Below the pieces are notes generated by a model. The model was not told where the DNA came from, did not search any database, and was given only the letters and a program-made list of their open reading frames with translations. A program made the translations under genes and the position numbers. DNA of 53,903 nt from Azolla caroliniana (Eukaryota; Plantae; Polypodiophyta), in contig JBHGNT010000200.1 in assembly GCA_043228905.1 (NCBI GenBank), positions 1 to 53,903 of the forward strand. The letters are read 5' to 3'. The number at the start of each line of letters is the position of its first letter. Position 1 is the stretch's first letter. Shown here piece by piece: positions 10,681 through 23,532 of the stretch.

Positions 10681-10985
10681 ATGGAGACAGTAGAGCTCAA
10701 CCTTCACGGTGGCTCTATATTGGTACTACATAATTATTAATGTCAGACATGTACCTGAGCTCTCAAGACTATTGATCTTAGTCAGACAATTAGACAAAGA
10801 CGACATCCGTGCTGCCTGCTCATCAAGAGGGTGGGCACTCCACAGTGGGAACCACCTCTTTGCTCGAGGACCGAAAGTACACTCGTTGTACCCGTTATAT
10901 GTTACACTCAGAGAGGGTGACTTGTTCTTGGTCGACATTCCCGTGTCATCACTTTAGCATGGACTCAAACACCTCAGTAAGGCCT
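10681..10985 (+). pseudogene. copia pol fragment (protease C-half / pre-integrase region)
   Basis: NVRHVPELSRLLILVRQLD...FARGPKVHSLYPL. Confidence 0.6.
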
Positions 10986-10999
10986 AACTGAGACAAAGT

Positions 11000-11080
11000 C
11001 AACAATTCCAGGATTCGAACCTACGAGGGTGAAACCATTTGATTTCAAGTCAAACGCGTTAACCACTCATCCAAGTTGTC
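11000..11080 (-). pseudogene. tRNA-Ser(TGA)-like copy stranded between TE fragments
   Basis: full-length, degenerate D arm. Confidence 0.7.
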
Positions 11081-11115
11081 CTATTTTGCTGTCTATCATA
11101 GTTACATATTTTAGT

Positions 11116-14100
11116 GCTTCGCCCAAACTGGTGGCTGTATGACGGGTGTTAGCATTACCTTTAGCGCATCATATGCTTTCTCTTCCATAGCTGTCCATTG
11201 GAAGGGAGTTCGATGAACGGTGGCATGTAATGACGTGGCGAAGTCCGCCAAATAGCGTATCATCCGACTGTGCCATCGTATTTGTCCTAAAAACCGGTTG
11301 AGTGATTTCGCGTTTGTCGGCCTTTTCGCGTGAGTAATCGCGGTGATTTTATTTGGAGTGACCGCTATCCCTTTCTTGTTGACTATATGGCCAAGGAGAG
11401 CCCCATTGGTAACACCGAAGACACATTTGGTGGGATTCAGGCTTAAGTGTGTGGTTCGGCAACGCTTTAGGCACAGTTGCTGATGCGTAAAATGGTCGGT
11501 TGTTGTCCCATATACCGCAAAATCGTCTAAAAAAACTTGCATGAAGGACGGAATATATTCCCCAAAATTCTCTGTGATTGTCCGTTGAAATGTCGCCGGC
11601 GCCGTCTTTAGCCCAAACATTGAGACAACTACAACATGACAAACGCCGTCTTCTCTTGGTCGTCGGGGTGCATGCATACTTGGTTGTACCCATTGAAGCC
11701 ATCTAAAAAACTATACATGTCATGCCCCGCGACCGCGTCCAGTACGCTATCAATGAAAGCTAAAGGGAATGCGTCTGTAATGGTTACGACGTTTAATTTC
11801 CGGTAGTCCACGCATACCCGTATTTTGCCATTTTTCTTTGGTACGACTACTATCGTGCTTAACCATGTAGCTTGTTTAACTGGTCGTATGAATCTAGCCA
11901 TGAGGAGTTTGTCAATTTATTCTTTTACGCGGGCCGCGTAGTTTGGGTTCATGCGGTATCGACGTTGGTGGACCGGTTTCGCGTCGGTTGCTAAATTGAT
12001 GTTATGTTGATAGAACTTCGGATCTAACTCCTTCATGTCCTCGTGAGCCCAGGCGAACACATATTTATACTTCCTGAGTAGTGATATCATCGCGTCTCTC
12101 TAATTCGACATTAATTCTTTTGCGATGGAGAGGAAACGGGGTTCTGACGCCGTACCCACGTTTACTTCTTCCAAGGCTGAGGCGGTGACTCGCCGTGAAA
12201 TTTCCATTGACCTCTCGAACGTTGCCCGTGCTCTGCTTAGTTCTAATATTGACTCCGGGTTTGGGTCGTAAGCCTCGTCGTGGAGTGTAGCAGGCATGGC
12301 ATATTCCGCTGTGGTTTCGATAACGTCGATTTTGAACAACGGAATAATCCGAGGGTGCTCGTTTAGGTATACCTCTAATTCCGTATCATCCACCCCAGCC
12401 TGCATATTTATATCGTCTGCGTACAATGGTGTTATGCCCTTGGGTTGTGTCACCATTTCCTTTGTAGGTACGCGGACCTTGGTGCGTCCGCGTTGAAAGC
12501 TGATACACTTGTGTTGCCAGCTTTGCTTGATATTCGCAGAACAAAGCCACGGTCTGCCCAACAACATTGGATACGTCCCTGGGGCGTCAAGGGTGAGGAC
12601 TACCGCCGAGATGTCGAAGCGATCTCCTCCCACGATAATGCCTACCTTGCGTATCAACCCCAATGGTCATATTGAGCAAGTATCCGCCATGCGAAGCCAA
12701 AATGGGCATGCTCCCAATTATGAAATTCCCAATTGTTCGCATGTCTTCGCGCTAATTACATTAACGCCCGAGCCACCATAGATCACACATCCTGGGATTT
12801 CCTGACCGTGTGGTATTAACTTAATAACCAGGTTGTGGTGATCCACCAATGTCGGTCTGTCGCTAATGTATATAAAATTCGCGGCAACGTCTACCCCAGG
12901 TCTGCCCGTCATCCACTCTTCCACGGCCTGGCGGAATCGTGGGACTAGTTGCAGCAACTTGTCCATGGTTAACGTTATCTCGCCGGTTGTCAGTGCTTGC
13001 CATATGGGGTCCGGAGATGGTCCCTCTTCCTCCAATAGCTCCACCGTGTTTGCAGACTCCTTTCGCATGCGGTCCGTATTTGCTGCGTTTGCTTTTTCAA
13101 CCCATTCTTGGGCTGTTCGCCGTATCTCATCTTGCGCGGCCCAATAAACTTTTTTTGTTTGTTGACGTGTTGTGACTTGCTGTACTTCCGCCGTAATCGT
13201 ATTGACGGCGGGCCCCTTGCCCTTACGTACTGGGCATTGTGTGGCATAATGTCCGGGCTGTTGACAAACAAAAAAATGGATGCTAGATTCAACCTTGTCG
13301 GCCCCTAGTGGTGTGTGCCGATCCCTAGGTGTGACTTGCTCCTCCCAGTCCTGATTCGTTCGTCGAAGCGTACGCGGTGGTTGATGTTGGTGTCGGCGTG
13401 GTTCCTGGTGTCGGTTTTCGTCCAAACTTTCGTCGTACCGCCGTTGGTCCCGATATTGACGATGGTTTCCATGAGGCCCATTGAAGCCTCCACGTTTGTT
13501 CATCGGACGGTAGTTCTCATAGCGTTGCCCCCTTTAGTATTTCTGGGGTTGCCACGGTAGTCTTCATCCTTCGGCTCGTCTTCCTCGGAATCGTTGTGAT
13601 TTCGGCGATTCCGGTAGTGCCGGTCATTGCGTGGGTTTCGATCCATATACCGTGGTCAATCTTCTTGCCGCCTTTGTTCATTACGGCGTGGGGGACGCTG
13701 TGTTTCCACGATGCGTATTGTGGGCGTGGCTCTGTTCAACATATTGTACTCGCACTGCTCAACTATGTGAGCTTTCGAGTGACATACTGGACAGTGGATT
13801 CACATGTTGCATTTAACTGCGGAATGCCCTTAATTTAAGCAAATCATGCACTGGATCGCTTGGCGAAAATGTCGTTCCTCATCCTGAGCTAACGCTTGTC
13901 GCAATGAGGACATGGAAAACCTTTCCTCTTCTTCGTCGAGCTCGAGTTATAGCGCTCTTTCTATGACCATATCGACTGTTTCCCCTTTCACGCTATTGTT
14001 GTTGAGCGTTGTTCGTATGGGTCGACGTAATGCTGCCACAAATGTCTCCCTAGCCTCGTCCTCCGTTGGGCCCCGTTCTAATTTCCGCCGTAGATTTTGG

Positions 14101-15193
14101 AAGCGTAAACTGAAATCCGCTACCGTCTCGGTTGGAAACTATTTAATTGTGGAAAACTGCCTGAGGATTTCGCGTTGCGGCACCCTCTGATAAAAAAACC
14201 GTAGAAAGGCTGACTGGAGCTGGTCAAAGGTAGTGATTGTTGGCAAATCCATCTGTGAATGCCAAAACGCCGATCTCCCATCCAAGGTTAATCCGAACTC
14301 CATCATTTTGGACTGGTGCACTACTGCTTTGGAAAGGCTCTGCACCATGTGGTTTGCATTCTAGACATTGAGGAATAATCGGATGTGGGTTGCGGCGTCG
14401 GTTTCGCCGTTGAAGTGGGGATAAGCAAAGGCCATGCTGGGTGCTACGGCAGGCAGGGAAAGGCCACAGTGCTTTTGTGGTGAGCGTGCTTCATGTGTAT
14501 CGCCGAGGTATTTGGACAGCGAGAAATCGTCTTTGTGGTCCCGACAGGTATCACTGAGGTCACTGAGGCAAGGCTTTTACCGTGTGCGTTCCTATGCCTG
14601 GCGTGTGATGGACCTTGTGATTGGTCGGTCTTGTCGTGTTGGTTCTCTGGGGCGTCTGCGGCTAAACATCCATTCGTCGTTGTTCATCTATGACAAGACA
14701 CAGATCACCAAGCGTGCCAAAAGTGTTATCGATTAGGAATACGGTCTACGGTCAATCCTTCGACCTAGACCTCAAAGTGACTGTGTGACAACGAATGGTA
14801 GCGTCTGTGCGTAATACTTAGTGGGATACCTCTTGTAACCTAGCAACGTAGAAGGGAGATGGCTACAACCGAGCTCCTTTGACAGTGGGCTAGCACACAC
14901 ACTGTTACTCATGCCTACACTCTTACCATTGTGCTACGCCACCAAGGATTATAGACACACGGTAGGTTAACCAAAGATACACACATATATCAAAGAAGAT
15001 AAAATTCAATTAAGATACGCCTTTTACATTCAAAATTACATTCTACCTTTATCAGAGGTTTTTTGCCATATATATACGCAGGCAGGGTCTTTTAGCCATT
15101 CATGGTTCCCGCGTGAACCGTTTACATGCGTTACAATATTGCTCTATTCCATATTACTGTGCTCTTCTCCGTTGGTTACTATTCCGGCGGACA
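11116..15193 (-). mobile_element. degenerate non-chromovirus gypsy element (5' LTR ~14724-15193, Arg-type PBS, gag-PR-RT), 3'-truncated
   Basis: RT WLSTIVVVPKKNGKIRVCVDYRKLN / QVFLDDF; protease VIYGGSGVN, LLGRPW; zinc knuckle VCQQPGHYATQC; PBS TGGCACGCTTGGTG ~14706-14719. Confidence 0.85.
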
Positions 15194-15487
15194 AAAATGA
15201 CACATTTGACTTAAGCGGTCAAATATTCATGATAGATGTCGCCTCTCTAAATTGTGATATGTATTGGTTTGCCACACAATGGGTCGATGTAAATCAATGA
15301 CGGCAACATCAAAGATTCCAAAAGAAAGTCTACAAATGTAGGATTCTAAGCTCCGAGAAGGAAACATTTGATTTTGAGTCAACCACCATAAGCAGTCGGG
15401 AAAATTGTTTTTCTAGTTTTCATTAATCGATTTGAGTATTGTCCACACTAAAATCTTGGAGATACTATCACCTAACTGAAACAAAGT

Positions 15488-15568
15488 CGACAATTGTAGG
15501 ATTCGCACCTACGAGGGCGAACCCATTTGATTTCTAGTCAAACGCCTTAACCACTCGGCCAAGTTGTC
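15488..15568 (-). tRNA. tRNA-Ser(AGA), near intact but T-loop TTC->TGC
   Basis: cloverleaf retained; B-box mutated. Confidence 0.55.
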
Positions 15569-16758
15569 CTATTTTTCTCTTTACAATCGTTACATGTTTT
15601 AGTATTGGTGTAATTAAATGTTGCAAATATTATCTATCTAAGCATGTTAGGAAAGCAGAAAAAAAGACTCTTATAAGTCTTTATTCTTTGGGAAGCGATA
15701 CGATTTAAGTATTCACAAGTATGTTAATGCACATACATTTGATTACTATTGGGATATTTAATGTTTAAAGCACAAAAGCTCGATGTTAGTAAATAGTTTC
15801 CACAATTTACTAAAAGAATCTCGATAGCTACATGATTGGCACGTACGAGGGCGACCACATTTAATTTCAAGTCAAACGCCTAAACCACTTGGCCAAATTG
15901 CCATATTTTATTGGCTTCTATGAGATAGTACAAGTATTAATATTTTGGTCAATCCTTCTAATGATTTTCCTAGTTGGCGTTATCTTAATGCAAAAATATT
16001 CGGTTATATGGAGTTGGGCTAATATTGACACATTTGACTTAAGCGGTCAAATATTCATGATATATTTCGCCTCTCTGAATTGTGATATGTATTGGTTTGC
16101 TACACAATGGCTCGATGTAAATCAATGAAGGCAACATCAAAGATTCTAAACGAAAGTCTACAAATGTAGGATTCCAAACTCCGAGAAGCAAACATTTGAT
16201 TTTGAGTCAACCACCATAAGCACTCAGGAAAAGTGTTTCTAGTTTAAATCATGAATTGATTTGAGTATTGTCCACACTAAAATGTTGGAGATATTATCTA
16301 TCTCAGCTTGATAATAAGCGAACAAAAAACGCCAGAAAGAGTAGTTATTCTTAAGGTAATACTACTATTTCTGTGTTCACTAGTAGGTTATTGTAATTAC
16401 ATTTCACTAGGTGAGCTATTGGTTACGATACCTACGGAAGCCAATCTTCAAAAATTCATCTTAGAAAGTTTAGTTTTCTCTGTGTGGTGACCAATGCTTT
16501 CTAAGATCAGATATCTATTGGTGGGCACATGTCAAGCTCGATATAAGTTACAATGGCGAACCCATTTGATTTCGAGTCAAACACCTTAACCACTCGGCCA
16601 CGTTGTCATACTAGCTTTATATTGCGAAATTTGTTCCATGGGACTTAAGAAGTCATGCTTGTGTATGTGTCTCACCTTGCTAAGATGGAAGATGCATTGG
16701 TTCACATCACAAAATCTCAATGTTATTGAAAGTAGTCAACACCTAACTGAAACAAAGT

Positions 16759-16839
16759 CGACAAATGCAGCATTCGAACCTACGAGGGCGAACCCATTTG
16801 ATTTCTAATCAAACACCTTAACCACTCCGCTAAGTTGTC
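16759..16839 (-). pseudogene. tRNA-Ser(AGA)-like copy
   Basis: full-length, degenerate. Confidence 0.65.
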
Positions 16840-17643
16840 CTATTTTGCTCTCTATCATAGTTACATAGTTTAGTATTGGTTGTAATTAAATGTTGCAAAT
16901 ATTATGTATCTAAGCATGCTAATAAAGTAGAAAAGAGGACTATTATAAGTCTTTATTCTTTGGGTAGCGATACGATTTAAATGTTGACAAGTATATCTAT
17001 GCACATACATTTGACTACTATTGGGATATTTAATGTTTAAAGCTCAGAAGCAATGTTAGTAAATGATTTCCAGAACATAGTAAAAGAATCCCTACAACTG
17101 CAAGATTCGAAGCCATTTGATTTGAATTCAAACGCCTTAACCACTTGGCCAAATTGCCATATTTGGTTGGCTTCTACGATGAGATAGTACAACTCTTAAT
17201 ATTTTGGGCAATCCATCTAATGATTATCTTAGCTGGCATTATGTTAATGCAAAAATATTCGGTTAAATTAGGAAATGTTCAAAATATGGTGTCGGGTTTA
17301 ATATTGACACATTTGGCTTAAGCGGTCAAATATTCATGATAGATGTTGCCTGTCTAAATTGTGATATGTATTGGTTTGCCACACAATGACATGATGTAAA
17401 TCAACGACGACAACATGAAAGATTCTAAAACAAAGTCTAAAAATATAGGATTCCAAGCTCCAAGAAGCAAACATTTGATTTTGAGTCAACCACCATAAGC
17501 AATCAGGAAAATTGTTTGTAGTTTTCATGAATCGATTTTACTATTGTTCGCAATAAAATCTTGGAAATATTATCTATAGTAGCTTGATAATAAGCAAACC
17601 AAAAACGCATGAAGGAGTAGTTATTCTTAAGGGAAAAGAATGT

Positions 17644-17724
17644 CGACAATTGCAGCATTCAAACCTATGAGGGCAAACCCATTTGATTTCAAGTCAAACA
17701 CCTTAACCACTCGGTCACGTTGTC
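17644..17724 (-). pseudogene. tRNA-Ser(TGA)-like copy
   Basis: full-length, degenerate. Confidence 0.65.
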
Positions 17725-18590
17725 CTATTTTATAAGTAAATGTTGCAAATATTATCTATATAAGCATGCTAATAAAGCAGAAAACACGACAATTATAAGT
17801 CTTTATTTTTTGGGTAACGATACGATTTGGCCCGTTTCTCCAATCCTTTGGGAACCTAATATTAACACATGGGACATTAAAAGTCATGTTTCCTCTATGC
17901 GAGTCTCATTCCTAAGATGGGATATTTATTGTTTAAGGAACTGCAAGATTGGAACCTGCAAGGACGAACCCATTTGCTTTCAAGTCAAACGCCTTCACCA
18001 ATCGACCAAATTGCCGTATTTAGTTGGCATCTACTATCTATGCTTGACAATAAGCGAAAGAAAAACGCTAGAAAGAGTAGTTATTCTTAAGGTAATGCTA
18101 CTATTTTTGTGTTCACTACTAGCTTATTGCAATTACGTTTCATTAGGTTAGGCTGTTTTTAAGATAGATTGGGAAGCCAATGTTCACAAATGTGTTTAAT
18201 ACAAATTAGTTTACTCTATATGTTGACCAATTCTTCCTAAGATGGGATATTTATTTTTCAGCTTATGTCAAGCTCAAACCTACGAGTGGGAACCCATTTT
18301 ATATCTACTCAAACTCCTTAACAACTCGGCCTAATTATCCTATGTAGCCATCTACGATAACATATTTTAGTATTGGTTGTAATTAAATGTTGAAAATATT
18401 TTCTATCTAAGCATGCTAATAAGGTAGGAAATTGGAAAATAATGAGTCTTTATTCTTTGGGTAGCGATACGATTTAAGTGTTCACAAGTATGTTAGTGCA
18501 CATACATTTAAATACTAGTGGGATATTTAATGTTTAAAGCACAAAAGCTCAATGTTAGTAAATAGTTTCCACAGCATAGTAAAAGAATCT

Positions 18591-18671
18591 CGACAATTGC
18601 TAGATTTGAACCTACAAGGGCAAACCCATATGATTTCAAGTCAAACGCCTTAACCACTTGGCCAAATAGCC
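18591..18671 (-). pseudogene. tRNA-Ser(TGA)-like copy
   Basis: full-length, degenerate. Confidence 0.65.
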
Positions 18672-18935
18672 ATATTTGGTTGGCTTCTAACATGAAATAG
18701 TACAACCATTAATATTTTGGGCAATGCGTGTAATGATTATCTTAGTTTGCGTTATGTTAATGCAAAAATATTCGGTTATATTAGGAAATTTTGAAAATAT
18801 GGAGTCGGGCTAATATTGACACATTTGGCTCTAGGGGTTAAATATTCATGATAGATGTTGCCTCTCTAAATTGGGATATGTATTGGTTTGCCACACAATG
18901 ACTTGATGTAAATCAACGACGACAACATCAAAGAT

Positions 18936-19080
18936 GGTACAATGGTGTTATGCCCTTGGGTTGTGTTGCCGTTTCCTTTGTTGGTACGCGGACCTTGGTG
19001 CGTCCGCGTTGAAAGCTGATACACTTGTGTTGCTAGCTCTGCTTGATTTTCACAGAATAAAGCCACAGTCTGCTCAATAG
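18936..19080 (-). mobile_element. ~145-bp internal fragment of the gypsy family at 11116-15193 / 30627-32900
   Basis: aligns to 12421-12565 and 30972-31115. Confidence 0.8.
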
Positions 19081-19540
19081 CTTCCCCAACCTCAGCCAGT
19101 TCGGCCTTTAGTTTTTCGAAGTTCACCAACTCCAACGAAATTTCGATTTGTTCGAAATTTTTGTATCAATCTGTATTGTACATTTATTTTGATTTATAGA
19201 ATTTCGATGTATACGCCTATTACGGGGGAGTGTTGAATGCGGGTCTCTAATGAACGTATTCACATTGTCTCCTTTTGTACACACTAGGTTTACGCTATTT
19301 ATGTAAACAATGAGAAGGGCAATTGCCCTAAGTCAGTCACTACATAAATTGACTTTGTAACCTAGTTTTGAGTGTTGTTGAAATATAGGTCATCTTGTGG
19401 CTAATCGTCTCGCTCTCTTGCGTTCTTGTTTCTCTGTTTCTGTTGCTGATGCCATAAATCTACCTTGCCTGCATCCACTTATGATCCTCACCTTTGGAGA
19501 GTGTTGATTTGTTCCGCACAAGATGACCGCGTTCTCAACA
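19081..19540 (+). mobile_element. 3' end of another LTR element (PPT + 310-bp LTR 19231-19540), copia-like
   Basis: GGGGGAG then TGTTGA...TCAACA. Confidence 0.65.
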
Positions 19541-19709
19541 GTTTCGTCGTATAAGAATGCGAGTGCAAAGAATTGAATGAGATAGTGTATAGACAAAACA
19601 GAAGACCGAAAATAGAAAATACAGAGGCATGTATTTTAAAGTGGAAAACCCGAGAAGGGAAAAACCATGTGGAGTCCACAAACTACAAAACAAATCACTA
19701 TCTGCAAGT

Positions 19710-21978
19710 AATAGTACTAAAACAGAGAGAGAATCAATCCTAGAGAAGGGATTCAGTATTATTAGTACCAAGAGGACTAACTGCGTAAGACTCACGAGAG
19801 AGGAACAGAGAAAAGGAGAGAGAGAGAGAAAGAAAGAAAGATATATTAACGTCTTCTAAGGCCAAATTGGCCCATGAGACAATCGGTTTACAACAAAAAG
19901 AGTATTTATCCAGTCATAATAACTAAAAGAGAGAGAGAGAGGATGATGATAACAAATGATATTTTATGTGAAGAGTAAAACTTAATTTTCTATAGTAAAA
20001 CTTAAATGAAAATAATATCCTACGTATTACAATAGATAGTATAATGGTCAAGAGCTTGATCCATATAATATAAGGTCATGGGTTCGTGTCTTGCCATATC
20101 ATGAGACTATCCCCCCTTAAAACGACGAGTGTTATGAGTTAGCGCTGAGTGGGGACCAGGTTTGTCTGGATATTGTCGATGGAAATAAGGAAGAAGATCC
20201 TGAGCATTGGCAACATGCTCGACAGGTTCCCAAGTACGTTCGCTCGGACTATAGCCGAGCCAATCGACCAAATAATAAAGTTTGTTGCGAACAAACTTGG
20301 AGTTGAGGATGGTGGCAACTTCATACTCCGGGCTGACGTCCAACTCAAGCGGGGGCGGTGACGGTGTAACATGATAAGGTTCGAGAAGAGAACTATGGAA
20401 GACTGGATGTATCTGAAGGTGCGGAGGAAGATCAAGGCGGAACGTGACATCATTAATCTTGTTGGTAATATGGAAAGGACCGAGTCATCGATAATCCAAT
20501 TTGTCGCATGGTCGAGTAGTCTTGATATGACAACATAAGAGCCATACTAGGTCTCCGATGGCCAAAGATGAGGGAAGTCGATGATGATCTGCTTAAGTCT
20601 TCTATGTGTGTTGAGCATGACGAAGATGAGTAGATAGATATGTCTGAATCTTGCGTAGCCTCTCCAAATGATCCTTGGCACGAGGATTGGTAGGTAGCTC
20701 CGGAGTGTCGATCACAGACCAACGAGGATGAGAATTGGTATAAGCGTAAAATAGGGAGACCCGAGTGGAGGTGTGAACATTGTTATTATAAGCAAACTCA
20801 GCAAAGTGGAGAATATCAACCCAATCGTCCTGTTGATAACTCCGAAAACACCAACGATATTGTTTCAACCTTTGGTTTGTCCGTTCCACTTGCCCATCAG
20901 TTTGGGGATGATAGTTGGAGGAGAGGTTGCAAGAATCCTTGAGCATCTTGAAGAGATGCTTCCAAAATTTGGAGACGAACTGAGGTCCTCGGTCACTGAG
21001 GATACTGTCTGGGAGGCCATGATGCCGAAAAACCTCACGCATGACAAGGGCGGCGGTTTCCTCAGTAATGTTGGCCTTAGTACAAGGCACAAAATGTGCC
21101 ATCTTAGTATATCGGTCAACGACGGTTAAGATAGCATCGAAGCCCTTCGAGACTGGAAGATCTGTGATAAAATCAAGACAAATGGATTGCCTCGGCTTAC
21201 TTGGAATTGGTAAGGATTCCAACAAGCCATATGGATGATGTCGTGGCATATTTGCTCGGCAACAAGCATCATAGGTTCGAACGTAGTCGTTGACAAAACA
21301 TCGCATATGGCGCCACTGAAAAGATTGTCGAAAACATCTTAGTACTATTGAAATGTCCAGTTGTATGGAAATCGTGACAATTTTGGACGATTTGAAGGCG
21401 ATTGGAGCAATCGAGAACATACAAGAGCTTTTTAAAGAATAATAAAGCCTCATGATATTCAAATTGTCTGTAGTCCATACATGGCTGCTGAGACAGGGAA
21501 CAACATGCCCGAGAGGCATCAATTTGCGCTAAAATGGCTTGAGCAAATTTGTCCGTCTTCAAATTGGCATGTATGGCATTGATAATCCGGGAATCCAGCG
21601 GAGTTTGAAAAATCCAGGTTGTCTTCAAACATGTTGGTCCCAAGATTACCTGATTTTGATTATCAAATGTTGGATCCCCTAACAATCATTGGTTTTCTTG
21701 TTCCAATGCAACGATTTTTTCGTTTATACATTGAAGCTCAGAAAAAACGAATTGAGTTTCTTGGAAGCTAACAATATCCGTAGTATTGGAAAAAGGGGTA
21801 AGAGGATGAGGGAAACCGAAAAGAAGACCAGAAGGAAGAAATTTGTTCAAACTGTCAAGAATAGTACTAAAACAGAGAGAGAATCAATACTAGAGAAGGG
21901 AAGTAATATTAGTACTAACAGGACTGACTGCGTAAGACCACGAGAGAGAGAGAGAGAGAAAAGGAGAGAGAGAGAGAT

Positions 21979-22040
<62 letters not shown>

Positions 22041-22160
22041 ATGATAATAGATGATATATTATGTGAAGAGTAAATACAAAATAGCTATGAGGTTAAGACT
22101 GGCGTTGAACCAATTTGGTTCGAAATAATGCCTTGCGCCTCCTTTTATAGTGTTCTAAGG
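19710..22160 (-). mobile_element. second Tcn1-like chromovirus, internally deleted (partial LTRs ~19710-20106 and 21853-~22160; integrase + chromodomain)
   Basis: IN LDFITDLP..TVVDRYTKMAHF..SDRGPQF..HPQTDGQVERTN (20602-21522); chromodomain YEVATILNSK..YYLVDWLGYSPSERTWEP (20107-20343); PPT AAGGGGGGATAG; LTR sequence duplicated. Confidence 0.85.
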
Positions 22161-22696
22161 AGTAGTCCTGCTAAGATGGGATATTTATTGTTCAGCATAT
22201 GTCAAGCTCTAACCTACGAGGGGGAACCCATTTCATTTCTAGTCAAACACCTTCACAAATTGCCATATTTGGTTAGCTTCTACCATGAAATAGTACAACT
22301 ATTAATATTTTGGGCAATCCGTCTAATGATTTTCTTAGTTTGCGTTATGTTAATGCAAAAACATTCGGTTATATTAGGAAATTTTCAAAATATGGAGTCG
22401 GGCTAATATTGACACATTTGTCTTAAGCGGTCAAATATGCATCATAGATGTCGCATCTCTAAAATGTCATATGTGTTGATTTGCCAGACAATACACGATG
22501 TAAATCAACGACGTCAAAATCAAAGATTCTAAAAGAAAGTCTACAAATGTAGGATACCAAGCTTCGAGAAGCATATATTTGATTTAGAGTCAACCACCAT
22601 AAGCACTCAAAAAAATTGTTTCTAGTTTTTATGAATCGATTTGAGTATTGTTCACACTAAAATGTTGTAGATACTATAACCTAACTGAAACAAATT

Positions 22697-22777
22697 CGAC
22701 AACTGCAGGATTCGAACCTACGAGGGCGAACCCATTTGATTTCTAGTCAAACGCCTTAACCACTCGGCCAAGTTGTC
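22697..22777 (-). tRNA. tRNA-Ser(AGA), intact
   Basis: GACAACT TG GCCG AGTGGTTA AGGC G TTTGA CTAGAAA TCAAA T GGG TTCG CCC TC GTAGG TTCGAAT CCTGC AGTTGTC G: normal cloverleaf, long variable arm, G73, intact A/B boxes. Confidence 0.9.
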
Positions 22778-22913
22778 TCTATAATAGTTACATGTTTTAG
22801 TATTGGTTGTAATTAAATGTTACAAATATTATCTATCTAAGCATGCTAGTAGAGCAGAAATGAAGACTATTATAAGTCTTTATTCTTTGGATAGCGAGAC
22901 AGTAAAAGAATGT

Positions 22914-22994
22914 CAACAACTGCAGGATTCAAACCTCCGAGGGCGAACCCATTTGATTTCAAGTCAAACGCCTTAACCACTCGACTAGGTTCTC
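22914..22994 (-). pseudogene. tRNA-Ser(TGA)-like copy
   Basis: acceptor stem and T-loop mutated. Confidence 0.65.
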
Positions 22995-23294
22995 CTATTT
23001 TGCTGTCTATGCTAGTTACATATTTTAGTATTGGGTGTAATTAAATGTTGCAAATATTATCTATCTAAGCATGCTAATAAAGCAAAAAACATGACAATTA
23101 TAAGTCTTTATTTTTTGGGTAGCGATACGATTTAGCCCCTTTCTCCAATCCTTGGGGAACCTAATATTAACACATGGGACATTAAAAGTCATGTTTCCTC
23201 TATGTGAGTCTCATTCCTAAGATGGGATATTTAATGTTCAAAGAACAAAAGCTCAATGTTAGTGAACAGTTTCAACACCTAAGCGGAAGAATGT

Positions 23295-23375
23295 CGACAA
23301 CTGCACAATTCGAACCTAGGAGGGTGAATCCATTTGATTTAAAGTCAAATGCCTTAACCACTTAGCGAAATTGCC
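23295..23375 (-). pseudogene. tRNA-Ser-like copy with anticodon mutated to TTA
   Basis: loop CT TTA AA; T-stem and D-arm broken. Confidence 0.65.
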
Positions 23376-23532
23376 ATATTTAGTTGGCGTCTAGTATTCA
23401 TGCTTGATAATAAGCAAAACATAAACGTTAGAACCTACGAATCTAGTATTCACAAATGTGCTTTAACAAATTTAGTTTAGTCTCTATGTTGACCACTTCT
23501 TCCTAATATGGGATATTTATTGTTCAACATAT

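Larger units (their letters stand above)
15194..18935 (-). repeat. tRNA-Ser-derived array, block 2
   Basis: units at 15488, 15822, 16555 (partial, CGA), 16759, 17092, 17644, 17939, 18271, 18591 plus decayed units. Confidence 0.9.
22170..23532 (-). repeat. tRNA-Ser-derived array, block 3 (continues at 30500-30626 after the insertion)
   Basis: units at ~22210, ~22540 (decayed), 22697, 22914, 23295. Confidence 0.88.

Noticed and set aside
15194-18935. tRNA-derived SINE cluster
   Set aside because: No poly(A)/tail or TSDs; a T-run follows the tRNA closely and upstream flanks are co-amplified, indicating DNA-level tandem amplification
23295-23375. Ochre-suppressor tRNA (anticodon TTA)
   Set aside because: T-stem, D-arm/A-box and variable arm are disrupted; a single random substitution in a pseudogene
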